The notes: generated by a model not told the origin, from the sequence alone. Positions 31,419 to 47,423 are shown, counted from the first letter of the stretch. The stretch: 64,000 bases of DNA from Eledone cirrhosa (GCA_964016885.1 CAXHJY010000943.1:3091-67090), one strand, 5' to 3'. Program-made: numbers and translations.

Positions 31419-31604
31419 CTGTTTCTACTTTAGGCACAAGGCCAGCAATTACCCAGTGCATTACTGGTACTTTATTTTATCGACCCCGTAAGGATGAAAG
31501 GCAAAGTCAACCTCGGCGGGATTTGAACTCAGATCGTAAAGGGACGTAACTATGCTGGAAAGCATGGTGTCTGACCCTCTACCGATACTGCCAATCCACC
31601 GCCC
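31419..31604 (-). mobile_element. Full-length SINE-A
   Basis: Reverse complement of 35266-35449 (starts ggcggtggattggcag). Confidence 0.92.
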
Positions 31605-32414
31605 TGTTAACAACATAAGAAATAACAACGAAATACCTGTTGTGCAAAGAAATAAAGATGCAGGCAAAACACAAACACATATATATATATATCATGAATT
31701 ACCTAAACGCTGTATGATTTGTAATTTGAAAATGATGGAATCGTAAACGCAAAAAATAAATGTAAAAACAGTCACTACAAATAAATAACCATATTGATAC
31801 GGAGTTGAATTCTACGTAGCAGCGGCTATTATTTATAGCAATCGACTTTTTCCCCATATATAATAAATCGAAGTACTTGAACAATATTTCCGTCTACTAC
31901 ATTCCTTTCAGGGTGTATTTGTAAAGCCAACCCGAGGCTATACAAGAACTTACTTGATCAACACACCGTGTATGTAAATCTAACTAGTAGCAACTTGATT
32001 GTGAAAAGAACTTTCCAACCACAGTCAATTATATTCAATTTGTAAATTAAGTTGGTAAATTTAGCTTACTTCGTCTGCCGTAAGAAGAATACATTAGGTT
32101 ATTCCCTTCCCGACGGCGTACCAACATATTCAAATTTCCGAACCTCAGTTATATTAAGCTCCTCTCTTCTCTGCTATATTAAACTATCTTGAAATCTACT
32201 ATTGTCAGCTATATACTACTAGATTAACCTATGTTATATTCTATTTTCTATATTTCTACTATTCAAACTTTTCTCACTTTCACAATTTCTGTCTCTTGTT
32301 GAAAGTGTATGGGTTAGGTTGTTCGGTTTGCAATCGTAATGCTGCGTGTTCGATTGCCTGATTGGTGGCACAATGTCCTCTTAAGACAATTCATTTCACG
32401 TCGCTCCAATCAAT

Positions 32415-32612
32415 AACGAGGGTAGACTGAAATGTTCATAGGCTGTCTACGAAGGAGTGGTGCTAGAGCTGTGAAATATTGATTGATTCATTTCAATTCT
32501 TATTAATAACTGCATTGTTTCTTTCCAAGGGCTATGTTGAAAAATAAACATCATTTGGCCATTCCATGAGAGTATGTTGGTCAGATTATGAATGTTTCAT
32601 TCGATCCTGGTA
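32415..32612. mobile_element. Mariner-type MITE inserted in an old SINE
   Basis: Imperfect ~33-bp TIRs (acgagggtagactgaaatgttcataggctgtc / gtcagattatgaatgtttcattcgatcctggta); SINE-like sequence resumes on both sides. Confidence 0.65.
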
Positions 32613-32659
32613 AGCTGGTAAGAATGACTAGTAACTGTGATTAATATTTCTTGTGAAAG

Positions 32660-32890
32660 GGCATAGCTTAGTGGTTAGAGTGTTCGATCTCGGGCCAGGT
32701 GGCATGTAGTGTCCTTTAGAAAGCCTCTATTTCACTTTCCTGAAGACTACGAAGGCAAAATGAGTTGCACCTGTAACTTCAAAGGGACCAGCTTTGCATA
32801 TATTTTGTGACGCTGCATCTCTGATAATTATGTTAACTGTACAAGTGTCTGCGAAATGGCTCAGCTACTGATACGTCAATTATTTTACGA
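32660..32890 (+). mobile_element. Old tRNA-derived SINE, second family (SINE-B)
   Basis: A-box-like tagcttagtgg and gttcga; body ttcaaaggg...ctcagc shared with diverged copies near 14020-14230, 19960-20400, 38480-38710, 43560-43820, 53140-53260 and 61610-61770. Confidence 0.65.
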
Positions 32891-34543
32891 ATATGCTATA
32901 TTCGAAACCAACGAATATCCAGCACACACACAGAGAGAGAGAGAGCGAGAGAGAGCGTGCGTGCGTGCGAGCGAGCGAGCGAGCGAGCGTGCAGAATTTT
33001 AAGAAGTTAGACCTTATTAATTTCATAAAACCACTGGTAATGCATAAATAAATCAATTTCATAAGCACATTGTTCTCTTGTTTGAGCAACTGAAACACTC
33101 ATCGTCGCAACCAACAGAGGTCCACAACACACACATTACGCCATTTTCTATTCTGCTATATTAAACTATCTTGAATTATACTATATTCAATCATGTTGTG
33201 TTCTATCATATTAACCTACGTTATATTACATTTTATTTATATATAATATTCAATATTTTCTCACTTTCATACTTACTATTTATATATCTCTACTGCTCGC
33301 TACCTTGTCCCTCTCCTATCATTCCTTCTCTCTTTCTTTTTCTCTTCCCCTCTTATACGAATATACTCTATCTCTCACCCTTGCGTTCACTGCTCCCACC
33401 TTCTCACATGAAGATTCTCTTGTCCTCTCTGTCTCTTCTGCTTCCTAACTTTCCCAAACTGTCTCCTTTCTCATACAAACACTCTCTTACTCTCTAATCC
33501 CGTGGGTCTCTCTTTCCCACCTCTCTCCATCGCTTCATATTCCCTGCTCTATTCTCATACAAATATTCTCTCTCCCATACTATCTCATATGCCCTGTCTC
33601 TATTCTCATACGACCATTATAATGTCCATTAATGTATCTCTTGCTGTCTCTCTCCTAACACGACACACTCTCTCTTCCACTATGCTACACTCTTTATTTC
33701 CTTTTCCGTTTCATACTTGATTTTCCACCCTCTTATCTCTTATTCCACCCTCATTTTCTTTGCATATTTTACTATCCCTTCTTTATCTTTTCTAATGTTA
33801 TATTTCCTTTTAATTTTCATCTTTGATGAACTCAAATGGAGGGAAAAAAGCATTTTTGTAAGGGTAAAATATGTTGATCAAATTTATATTGAGTACTATT
33901 ATTTCTTTTTAAACTGATCTCTTACTATTGTGGTTCACGTCTAAGAACCCTGATAGAACCGTGGAAGCATTTTAAATCTGACGGAACCCCTCTCTCTCTC
34001 TCCAAGTCTAAATGCAGCCGATTTCTTCCAGAGCAGTGGAGTGAATGGACCTAAGTATTTAACTCGAACTTCATTTACTAACCTCAAAAGTATGAAAAGC
34101 AAAGGTTTCCTCGGCAGGATTTGATCTCCGAGCTCAGAGATCCGCTAAAAGCACTACAGATCATGCTATCCGACCTTCTAATATCTCTGCACCTTCATCA
34201 CATTTTTATATGAATTTACTACGCATATATTCTTAAATGTTGTGTGTGTACGTATGCAACTGTCTGTCAATGTTAATCAACCTCTCCTCTACCTACCTTC
34301 TCTGTGAATTCTTGATTCTGTGTATCTAACCAACATTGGAAACGTGAACTTTCCAGACATGACGTCATACTCTATCCTGAAAATTACTATAATTCAGTTT
34401 GTGTCTGTTTCAGTTTTTATTATAGACCAGCAGACAAATACTTCGATAAAGGATATGTTAAAAACATTATCAAAGAACTTGTTGCTATTATCAGAGTCAA
34501 TTCTTCCTTCTATTTACACTCACACACACAAATACAATATGTA

Positions 34544-34584
<41 letters not shown>

Positions 34585-35265
34585 TATATACACACATACA
34601 TATATACATATGTACACACACATAATTACAATATTAAATTGTATTATACTAAATACATTAAATTATACTTTTTTCGTTACTTCCCTACATATATGCAATA
34701 TTGAATATTCTATATATATAAGCGTGCATGTGCGTGTGAAAGACTGCCTATATTTGTGAATGTATCTCTCTCGTCCCACAATTTCTCTCCACACACATAT
34801 ATACACACACACACGCGCGTGCATTGTATGTGAATATGTATACACAATGGATATATGTGCTGAGCCAGGCTGTATATTTGAGGCTTTTGGTAAAACTTAA
34901 GGCGTATATATCTATCGTTTGCCTTCAGGTGCGTGCGCGTGTGCGCGTGTGTGCGGGTGCGCGCGCGTGTGTATGTGTTCGCGTGCGTGTGTATTACATG
35001 TGAAATGGACCTCTATTGGTTTAGACAATGAATGCCAAGACACTTCGATCAACGGAACACCATGCTGGTTGAAATTAACATACATGTGGTTGAACATTCT
35101 ACTGACATCTGTCCCTTTAATGTAAGGGAGATTCTGCGTGACACGGGGTTTGACATGGCTAAAATTACAGTTACTGTTCAGCCAGTGGTTTTCCAAGCAG
35201 TTCCCAAATTTCACTCACAAGACATAGGTCGAACGGTATCTATGGTAAAATATTATTAGCATAAG

Positions 35266-35449
35266 GGCGGTGGATTGGCAGTATCGGTGGAGGGTCGGAC
35301 GCCATGCTTTCCAACATAGTTACGTCCCTTTACGATCTGAGTTCAAATCCCGCCGAGGTTGACTTTGCATTTCATCCTTACGGGGTCGATAAAATAAAGT
35401 ACCAGTAATGCACTGGATATTTGCTGGCCTTGTGCCTAAAGTAGAAACA
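35266..35449 (+). mobile_element. Full-length SINE-A with ~14-bp TSD
   Basis: attattagcataag / attattagcctaag flanks; A/B-box-like head. Confidence 0.92.
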
Positions 35450-35569
35450 ATTATTAGCCTAAGATGTCATGCAGTGAGATCACTCCAGGAACCTAATGTT
35501 TGCCAACATTACATTTTTACCATTTGGCTATGCGACGTCCAATCACCACCCAAGCATATATAAATAAAT

Positions 35570-35740
35570 CAGGATAGAACCAGTTAAAAACTAGCTAGAC
35601 TCAACAGAGTACTCAATACTTGCCGTATGGCTACACCATAAAGAGTAGGGACACAACGGCGAGTGCTCAGCCCTCTTTTTAGAGAGATATGAAAGGACTA
35701 CAGGGCTAGAACTGCTTTATCCGTATTAAATTATCAGTTC
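35570..35740 (-). mobile_element. Diverged A/B-related mini-element ending at a decayed hammerhead
   Basis: Contains gtactcaatac (35609-35619) and ctacagggctagaactgctttatccgtattaaattatcag, similar to family B ctacaggactagaactgtttcattcattagaaatcatcag. Confidence 0.6.
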
Positions 35741-36767
35741 ATTGGTGATGATTTCATACAGGTGGCGGTGGTGATGATTTCATACCAGGAGTGTGTGGGT
35801 GTGTGCATATACATACATTCACATACAAACACACCACACGCTTCTCCATTTCAGTCACAATAGTAGATTACACATGTCACACATAGAGGAAAGTCAATGA
35901 AATATTAAAATCCGTCATGTCATCTCCCCAACCCGCTCTCCTGTTGTGTATTTACGGTGTCACTCAGTTCAGTTTTATTTGGTCCATCGTAGAGCTCACT
36001 AAATTTTATGTATTTTCATATTCATTTCAAATGTTCAAAATACGTTTACAATAAGGTATAGACTAAAAATAAAGAGAAAGTTGAAAGGAGGGCGAGAAAA
36101 CAAACTACACCCTTGGATGGACAGTATATCTCAGCTGCCCTTCAGTTGAGGAGATGGTGAAAGCATTGCCGCAGAAAACAGCCAGTGATACCCCTTTGGC
36201 ATCAGTCATTTCTCCTTATTTCTAGCAAACTCCATACCCTGGAGTGGACTGTTTATAAATGATACTCGCCAATGAAGCCATGCAGTTGGATGGAACCCGG
36301 GACCTAATGATTTCGATCCATGCCGAGCCCATTGATAAAAAATATCACAAAAAAAAAATCGAGAATTACCCTAACATTTATTGCTGATATATATATATAA
36401 TTTTTGAAAATGGCATAACTTTTTAATATGAAATATTTTCAATCCTTGTTTCGGGCTATTTGATTTCATGAGAAAATAAGTGTAAATGGAAATACATAGA
36501 CATTTAAACTCGACAGATGTTTTTTGTGTATGTGTACGTGAGCAAGTATGTGCGTGTGTCCGGTACATATAGCATCCAACATAAAATAAACATTGGAGTA
36601 ATTTAACTCCTGTGTTGCTAGTAATGAAAATGTGTGGCTTAACGGCTAGCTTGTAGGGCTCACAAATGTAAGTACGATCTCCTGACCGTTAAACCCGAGT
36701 CGTTCAGCAAGACACTCTTTCTCGTTGCTCCAGTTCATACAGCTGAGATTATATATATATATATATC

Positions 36768-37103
36768 CGTATTTAGTTGACGGCTGTGTACTAAAAGACG
36801 ATGTGGAGTTTTAAGATTGATTTTATTAAGGCTAAATAGTGAGTCTTGTTACTCTGGAGTTTTGTCTTTATCAAAGGGTCATCAGACAACAGTCCTTGTC
36901 TGTTGACCGTAAATATGACCAGTTCTTTCTGGGACCAATACAATAAGTGAAATTGGAAATAGAAAGAGCTACTGAACCTGCTCTTTAAGAACACTTGGTG
37001 TATATTCGTTATTGTAACACGAGATGCAAAAATAAGCCACCGTTTACGTTTCTGACAAAACTGTAAATGAAGTGAGAGCAAAAATAATTTGCTTAAACTA
37101 TTC
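36768..37103 (-). mobile_element. TA-flanked insert with degenerate hammerhead (36846-36889) followed by AATAAA
   Basis: Minus strand UUGU-CUGAUGA-cccuuugauaaagac-AAAA-CUCCAGAG-UA-ACAA; G12A change. Confidence 0.65.
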
Positions 37104-37173
37104 ATATAATATATAGCAAAGTTTCATTGAAAAATCAAAATGAACAAAACTACCTTTCTTCCAGTTTATCATT

Positions 37174-37211
<38 letters not shown>

Positions 37212-37214
<3 letters not shown>

Positions 37215-37384
37215 AATACAAAGAGGGTGTGATAAGATACCAGGTGGACCATAACGCACCAGAGTACTCAATACTTAGGCTATTAGAGTGTTTAATAGGA
37301 ACAGAGTCAGGACCCCGACGGCTGAGCTTCGGATCTAGCTGTCGAAACGGCCGTAGCTTAGTCGTCGGGGTCTTGACTTTTCAT
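37212..37384 (-). mobile_element. TA-targeted hairpin+tail mini-element, family A
   Basis: accaggtggaccataacgcaccagagtactcaatac tail, then agtcaggaccccgacggctgagct...agcttagtcgtcggggtcttgact fold-back; TA on both sides. Confidence 0.88.
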
Positions 37385-40118
37385 ATATAATATATATATA
37401 GATATATATAACTGGATTTCCATTCACCACACGCTATCTCTGGCCCTTTGTCCTTATTTACCAAAGGTATTACTAAAATTGTTCAATGTTATTTTACATG
37501 ATAGATTCCATCGAGAAATTCCTGCCGCCAGATTGCAGATGATTAAATATTTCATCTGTTTATCTTTGAAAAGTTACGATGTTGCAGCATACGTGACGCT
37601 TCTTATCGACAAATATTTCAATCTCGTTGTTTGTTATCTCTCTTATAAGGTGTCATTCCTGATATCATACAGCAAATATCATAGGATTTCTGATATCAAA
37701 GCTAATTGTAAACAAGATCAGATTGATGAAGCCATCAATTAATAAATGGCTAATGCAGTTCTAATTAATATCTTCCATCAATTCCTCCCCCAATATTCCC
37801 ATGGACGTTTTTGTACGAGAATCTGAGACAAATGATTGGCTTAAAATTTAAAAAAAAAATATTGAAACTAATCTTTCTCATCCAAGAAAATGTCAACCTG
37901 ACCTGGTATTTAGTTCAGTATAGGATGGGGATTAAAACTTGTTCCTGTATTGCAGAAAAAAATATTTCTTTTCGCGCAAAGTTTAATATTCTCCATTGAA
38001 AACATGAAGGCGGTGGATTGAGACGGCGGTTAGAACGTTAGATAAACACATTTTGTGGTATTCTTTCCGGATAATTGAAGTCTGCGATCAAATCTCGTCA
38101 AATTTATTTAGGACTTTCAATATTTCGAGGTCGATATAGAACATTTTACTATTTGGGTCGATTCTTCCTCAATATAATATTTTAATTGTTTTCTACGAGA
38201 TATCTACACACAGAATTATACAGTACTTCATAATTTCATATAATTCGATTAAATATCACAGGGTCGATAATATAAAGTACCAGTTAAGTACTGGGTCGAT
38301 TTAATTAATTTCGCCGCCACCAAAATACGTTGGCTTTGTGCCTAAACTAGAAATTATTAGATTTTTTTTTGTTCACTATTTAGTATGGATCTCTGTCTCT
38401 TACGGCGAACACTGCTCCAGTTATTCAAAAAAAAAAACAGCCTACTCGTGAAAGTAACATGGAAAAGAAAATGGCTCATCATTCCACATACAAATATACC
38501 CTGGACGTTGATTTCAGGGAGATTCGGTGAGACAGCGTGTAAGAAGGATGTTATCTGAATTATTGATACAACTTACTTTTACTAGCTGAGTGGAGCGGAG
38601 TGCAACAACAGGAAATGAACTGGCTTGCTGTAGGAATGCGCGTCGGCGAGAATCGAACTCATGACTCTACGATTTTGAAACGAACACACCTAACCACTAC
38701 ACCTCGCAATTTTCACATATCTGCAGAAAACTTAATCGCCTTGCTTCCTCTAATGTGATGACAATAACTAAAGATTTGATAAAAAAGCGCAAGACAGATG
38801 TCGCACATGTATGCCTATGTTATCTTGGGGGGGGGGGGGGGGGGGGTGAAACGATAGAGGTACGCAGGTGGAGAGTATATCAAATAATGAAAACATTTGT
38901 AGTAAATGCTTGCAAGAGAAAAACAGAGAAAGCCAACAGACAGTTTATTAAACTACATGCGAGGAAATCTAAACTAAATTAATTCTTTACACTACATAAA
39001 GTGTACTGAATACTACAACTACATAAAAAAGTTGGTTTATCACATTACATTGATTACAATAACATTTAATGTAATGTGATGTGTGCATTTTTGTTTTGCG
39101 TGAGTAATAATGAATGCTGTGTTAAATGATAAATACCTTTTGAAAGCATAATTTTTTGGTTTCTGAAGTACACGTAGCATGTTGTGTAATAAAGAGAAGG
39201 CATACCAAGAGAAGTTGTTGGCTTGAATAAGCAAAAATCCTATCGAGGACAACATTACCCATTATTCAGTTGGGTTCAATAAATATGGTTGAATTGTTAA
39301 AGTGTCCAACAGGAGTTTTGTTTTTCTATTTCATCTGGATCTGTGTGTTTTTAGTTCAATTCCTGTCAACTCCTATAAAAATTTGTGACCAACAGTTAAT
39401 ATCACCTTGCAATATACCAGGCGATTTATTGCATTAAAGCTATTTAAAAATTATAAAATTAAGGCTCAATCAATACCTCAGCTACCCAAAGGAAGGACAA
39501 AATATGACGGTGAGCAATTTAACTGATTATAGTAGATTTGTTAGTCACTGTAGTTGTGTGGTGTTCAAGTTAATGTTAGGTTAAAAGGAGTTTAAAGTGA
39601 ATCGCCACAGCGACTAATGTTATAGATTACACCGTCTTCTATTCCAACTTTCCGGAGATATGAGTGTAGATTCATGGTATAACCCTCTTGATTGCTTCGC
39701 AAGGTTGTCCAATCAGCAAAGGAATAGTGAAGGGGTGTTGCCTAGTAGTTAATGTGCGGGACTCATAATGATAAGGTCGTGGGTTCGAATTCTAAACAGG
39801 GGAGCGTGCATAGATATAAGCTATTAATTTCGTTTTATTTTTATTCTCAATGTGGTTCTGGAATTCGGAATTTACTTTTCCGAACATGTCTTTATTTAGC
39901 CTCCATTAAGACTTGATCAAGCAGATCAAAGGTTATCCAACCGTGACTATTTCATCATTTATAATATAAATGGCATATAGTAACTAGGGTTAGATTAACC
40001 GTATACATATTTTGTTTTTGTTTAATAAGGTAGAATGTGATTTGAAGGATATTTAGTTATTATTATCTACTGAGAAGACAGGGTCAATGAAACGACGATG
40101 TAAATAGTTACAATTGTG

Positions 40119-40180
<62 letters not shown>

Positions 40181-40669
40181 GTGTGTGTGTGTGTATAAAT
40201 TATTCAGTTGTATATAAATCTACACCATTTGCCATAGATTATAATTGCATGCATGCAATAATATTGTTCAAACGTAAAGCGCCTTTTGAGCTCGGCCAAG
40301 CTTTTAATTTTGTTGTTTTCTTCCCATAAAAGCGGAGTATCTGAAGCGTCATCAATGATTAACAATGAGCCTGACAGGGTTAAATATGTATAACAATGTT
40401 AGCTGGTAATTACATTTTACTTTTCAGGTGGGGACGAGGACATAGGGCGAGGGCGTAAGGGGTAGGAGTGGGGATGAGACCAGTGTGGTGAAAGTGGGAA
40501 TGTATGTATGTATATATGTATATATATATATATGTGTATGTAATGTAGCATTGGTAAGGTGGGTCGGTGTGTGCATCGGGGAGGGACTTGTGGGATGTTT
40601 GTAGGGGCGTATGCATGTATATGTGCGTGTGGGTATGATTGGGAGAATGGGGTAGAGATGTAGGAGCTT

Positions 40670-42039
<1,370 letters not shown>

Positions 42040-42047
42040 CACGCACA

Positions 42048-42113
<66 letters not shown>

Positions 42114-42311
42114 AATGCATGTGTGCGCGTATGTATTGGTAGGTTTTCGAATATCTTTATAGGTGTGAGTATAGAGTGTATGAGATGCATGTATGTAGGT
42201 ATATATGTATATGTGCTAAGATCAAATATATGAATTACTAGTTACTTTATACAGGTCCATAGAATTTACATAAATGTTCTCCTTCACACACAGGAACTCT
42301 GATGATATTGG

Positions 42312-42498
42312 TTGGGTTGTCAGTATCGGTAGAGAGTCGGACGCCATGCTTTGCAGCAAAGAGTTACGACCCTTTATGGTCTGAGTTCAAATCACGCCGA
42401 GGTTAAATTTGCTTTCATCTTTACGAGGCCGATAAAATAAAGTACCAGTAATACACTGAGATAACTGGTAGTCTTGTGCCAAAAGTAGAAACAATTAT
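42312..42498 (+). mobile_element. SINE-A, moderately diverged
   Basis: cagtatcggtagagagtcggacgccatgc...gtagaaacaatt. Confidence 0.85.
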
Positions 42499-42544
42499 TT
42501 GGTCAGTAATTCCTGTGTATGTGTAAGTATATATATATATATAT

Positions 42545-42737
42545 AACGAAGGAAGTGTGGTAAGGAACCAGGTAGACCATAACGCACCAGAGTGCTCGAT
42601 ACTTTGGGTAGTACAGTGGGTAATAGGAAAAGAGTCAGGACCCCGACGGCAGAGCTCAATCCGTTTCGACGGCTATTTCTGGAGTGAAATAGCCGTCGAA
42701 ACGGCTTGAGCTCTGCCGTTGGGGTCCTGACTCTTTT

Positions 42738-42740
<3 letters not shown>
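42545..42740 (-). mobile_element. TA-targeted hairpin+tail mini-element, family A (longest hairpin, ~56-bp arms)
   Basis: 78-nt tail 42545-42622, arms 42623-42742 around a ~6-nt loop; contains gtcGAAAcgg, resembling the 3' half of a hammerhead. Confidence 0.92.
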
Positions 42741-42784
<44 letters not shown>

Positions 42785-45539
42785 TTGTGTGTGTCTATAT
42801 ATGTATGTTTGTGTGCATGAATGAACACACCAAGCTTTAGATTTAGTAGAACGTACAACCACTGATTCCAGCTATTTGCACTATCGTATATTTTGGTTTC
42901 TGTTAATTCCCTGGAGAATTGGTTGACCAAATGCTTTGCTTAATTGTTTTATTCATTTTAATAAAAAATGTCATTCTTTCTCTTAGACTTCAGGTATTTT
43001 TTGAAAGCAAAGCAGTGGTCCCTAATACACTACAGTGGGCCCTGCAATCTACCCGTGGGCACCCTGGGGACCATTTGCCATTGGGCAACCTGGCGAGTCC
43101 ACCACTGGTCAGAGTAGCAAATTCCAAACTTTTGGCTTTCAACTCCTGATGCAGCTGTAGTAGCACAGACCCGAACATCGGAAACTTGGCGGAGCCAATG
43201 CCCTTCCAATTTGGGCCATAGTCTAGTTCTTCCACAGAGCGAGAGAGAGAAAGGGAGCAGGCTTGTGTATTACATTTATCATGGGGGTGGAGAGTTGTAT
43301 TGGGGTGGGGAGTCTCATATTTCGACCTCACCAGTTAGATCGCTTTATTTCCAGAAAGATGAAAGCAAAGTTGCCCTCGTATTTGAACTCAGAACGTAAA
43401 GAGCCGGAACTAGAACCACAAACCATATCTTCGACGCTCCTCAGACTCCACCAAGCCACTGCTCTCGTTTCCTCACAACTATTGTACTCTCGATAGGGGA
43501 CTGATGGGGTTCCAACCACGAGTGTTCTAGTTGTTTAAACAACGCAATAGCATGATCGTGAACATGCTATTATAACATATAAGCGGCTGAGCATTCCATT
43601 AAAACGTGTACCCTTATTGCAGCTCCCGGGAAAATTCGTCGTGAGACTGCGTGTGCAAGTGCTGGCTTTTTTAAGTGCAGATGTAGCTTATACTTGCCAG
43701 CAGTGTGGACTGGATAAATATGAAATAAAGTAACTTGAACAAGTAAACAACGCGCTCCTGAGAATCGAACTCACGACTATACGATGGAAAACTGAACACA
43801 CTGACCACTGAGCTATGCGTCGGCACTCACAGTTATTAACAGTAAACTGAAAATCAATTAAATAAACATATGAACATAGAAAAAGTACACTAATGTGTTA
43901 TCAAAAATACCGTGTGGTTACTTCATACAATGCTTAACATTTTTCAAAGAATCTTAAGCAAATCTCCGATAACAATTCTATGTGCTCTTATCTTTCAATA
44001 CGCAATTTGTACGATTTAATAGAAAAGCTAAGTTCATAAATTAGCTTTTCTATTAAATTGTACAAATTGCATATTCCCCATTGATATTTATATGATTCAT
44101 AGGAAACGATATGATATTCACTTTAATAAGATAGTGGTCTGTGGTTGAACCAGCATGAGCTGATTATAACGAGCTGTTCCTTTATAGAGGAATTTTATAT
44201 CATTGTTGACTATTATTGTGCCAATGAAAATATATTCATTGTACAATAAATTCCATACAAAAATGATCCATCTTTAACAATAATGTGTATGGAATTAATT
44301 TATTATTAAAAGGAAAAGAAAGTGCGGTGGATTTGCAGAATCGTTTGAGCGTTGAACAAATGCTTTGTGACATTTGTTTCGATACTTTGTGTTCTGAGTT
44401 CAAATCTCGCAGAGATCACCTTTGACTTTTATCTTTCTGGGGTCGATAAAATAAAGTACTAGGCAATTCTGGACTCGGTATAATCAACTTTTCCCTCCTC
44501 ACTAATTGCTAATTCATTCATTCATCCCCATCGCTCTGTGGAGCATAAGCTATTAACGGCTCACCTTGAGTTCAAACACTGTCAACGTCAACTTTGCCGC
44601 CATATTTTGGGGGTCGATAAATAAAGTTCAAATCCAGCGGGTATCTGCATTCTGAGTTAAAATCCCGTCTCCTTCTGTCTAGAGTTACGTTTCTCCCACC
44701 ACTGTCTTTCCTTTGCTGACACTAAGTAAATGTTTGATTGAGCTCACTATATACAGAGACAAAACTAAAATATACATTAAATTATGATTGTTTTCTTTTG
44801 GCTAACCATAACGCATCATACATCTGTATTTCTTCCGGCTTTCTGCGTTCTGAGTTCAAATCCCGCCGAGGTCAGCTTTGTCTTCGCTCTTTTCGAGGTT
44901 GATAAATTAAATAGCAATCAAATATTGGAATCAGCTATTCACTCTCTCTCTCTCTCTTTCTTTCACAATTTTTCTCTGGGGTAGGGAAGAGGGATCCACC
45001 AGATTTAGAATAACATCCAATGTGTCAGGACGATGACAGTGCGACTCCATTTGTAGCTAAGCTGTCTTCCTTTCCAAAATGTAATGCCACGTATTTAAAT
45101 AAATAAAGGGTGGGGTATAATTTCGTGAAATCATGATATGAACTTATTGTTCACGTTTGATTGAAGTATTTTCCTGGCTTCTGCTTGCTGGGAGCTCATT
45201 TCTTATTTTAGCGTGTTCGCAATGACTCTGCAAAGACTTCACGATAGTTAAATGAGAAGCAATTACAAAGATCGGTACAGAAATTGAAAAATACAATTAT
45301 TCTTTCTCAAAACTTCTGCTCGCTTGATTCAATGGATTATTCTAATCCTTCACTTCTTCCCAACATTTATTCTTCTATTTCTTAACTTTTTGATAAACTT
45401 GGGCACAAATTTGTGTTAACATATTTGGAAAAGCAATAATTTCTTGCTGCTGTTGTTGTTGTTGTTATATTCCATTTGGTTTTCCATTAAACCGTCAAAA
45501 TTACATATTATCAGATATCTATAATACATGATATATTAA

Positions 45540-45701
45540 ACATACATGTTTAATACATAGTATAACTGTGTATATATACATGTACACATATATATACATA
45601 TATATACATACATATATGCATACATATATACATATATATGCATACATATATATGCACAGATATCTGTGCATATAGATATACATATACACACACACACACA
45701 C

Positions 45702-45765
<64 letters not shown>

Positions 45766-45777
45766 CATATATATACA

Positions 45778-45831
<54 letters not shown>

Positions 45832-45889
45832 CATATATAGACATACATATATATATATACATATATATATATACATATATAGACATACA

Positions 45890-45921
<32 letters not shown>

Positions 45922-45994
45922 CATACATATATATATATATACATATATATATATACATACATATATATATATATACATATATATATATACATAC

Positions 45995-46027
<33 letters not shown>

Positions 46028-46028
46028 G

Positions 46029-46113
<85 letters not shown>

Positions 46114-46158
46114 TACATATATATATATATATAGACATACATATATATATATATATAG

Positions 46159-46233
<75 letters not shown>

Positions 46234-46333
46234 TATATGTCTATATAGATGTATGTGCGTATAAGTATATATAATATATATGTATGTATGCACATATATA
46301 TAATATATATGTATATGTATATATGTATGTTTA

Positions 46334-46386
<53 letters not shown>

Positions 46387-46660
46387 GCACATACATCTAC
46401 ATATATATTATATATAGGTTTATACATACATTCATACATACATACATATATATTATATATATTTATATACACATACATATATATATAAATATGCATAGAT
46501 ATATACATATATGCATATATATCTACATATACATATATATGATATATATATCTATATATATCATATACATACATACATACATATATACTTACATACATAT
46601 ATACACATATATAAAGACGTGATATATCATACATATATATGTATAACATACATATATATG
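45540..46660. repeat. Compound (TA)n/(CATA)n microsatellite
   Basis: Direct reading. Confidence 0.95.
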
Positions 46661-47070
46661 ATATAACATTCAATTTAGGGAGAAAAAGAAGATAATGTAA
46701 CACACACACGCACACACACTAACATACTCCCAGTTTATCGTATATCATGAAGCTTTTATCCTCAAATAAACAAAGAAATCATTATTATTATGATAACTTC
46801 GTTGTAGTTGTTGTTGTGATATGAAAGACGAAAGAGACGTCTTGAAATGGTGTGGAAACATTCCAACACCTGTCCTGTGTTGTATAAGAATACGAAAATT
46901 GTATTATTCATTGTATATATTGTTATAGACAAGATAGCTTATATATATATATATATATATATATATGAATGTATGCATATGCATGTAAATATATATATAT
47001 ATATAAATATGTGTGTGTATATATTATAATATATATATATATGTATGTATCTATAGGGAGCAAAATATAA

Positions 47071-47122
<52 letters not shown>

Positions 47123-47131
47123 CGTTATGTA

Positions 47132-47167
<36 letters not shown>

Positions 47168-47170
<3 letters not shown>

Positions 47171-47369
47171 GTAGAACACTGGAAGGTAATATCCGTAGCG
47201 GTAGAGCACTCAGTCCATGGGACGAGTTAGGTAGAAGTGGTTACACAACAGTTAGTTCACCATACCGAGAGCAATTGTTTCACCTTAGCAGATCCTCAGC
47301 TCGTAATCTGAGGATCCGTCAAGGTGAAACAATTGTTCTCGATATGGTGAACTAACTGTTGTGTAACCA

Positions 47370-47372
<3 letters not shown>
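47168..47372 (-). mobile_element. TA-targeted hairpin+tail mini-element, family C, folding back at a hammerhead
   Basis: 67-nt tail, arms 47235-47299 / 47308-47372; minus strand CGAG-CUGAGGA-ucugcuaaggu-GAAA-CAAUUG-(C/U)U-CUCG. Confidence 0.9.

Positions 47373-47423
<51 letters not shown>

Noticed and set aside
37703-37770. TTGATGA-agccat...atggct hairpin resembling a hammerhead
   Set aside because: GAAA absent and core mismatched; too decayed to call.
39730-39810. tRNA-like A/B boxes (also near 22740, 23180 and 61345)
   Set aside because: No complete cloverleaf; these are decayed SINE heads.
42990-43331. GC-richer segment with a 113-aa ORF (also 20490-20800)
   Set aside because: No recognisable protein motif; may be LINE UTR remnants, but I cannot support a call.
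45519-46715. Long Y/I/C/V-rich ORFs here and at 11014-12451 and 61887-63825
   Set aside because: Translations of TA/TG microsatellites; no coding signal.
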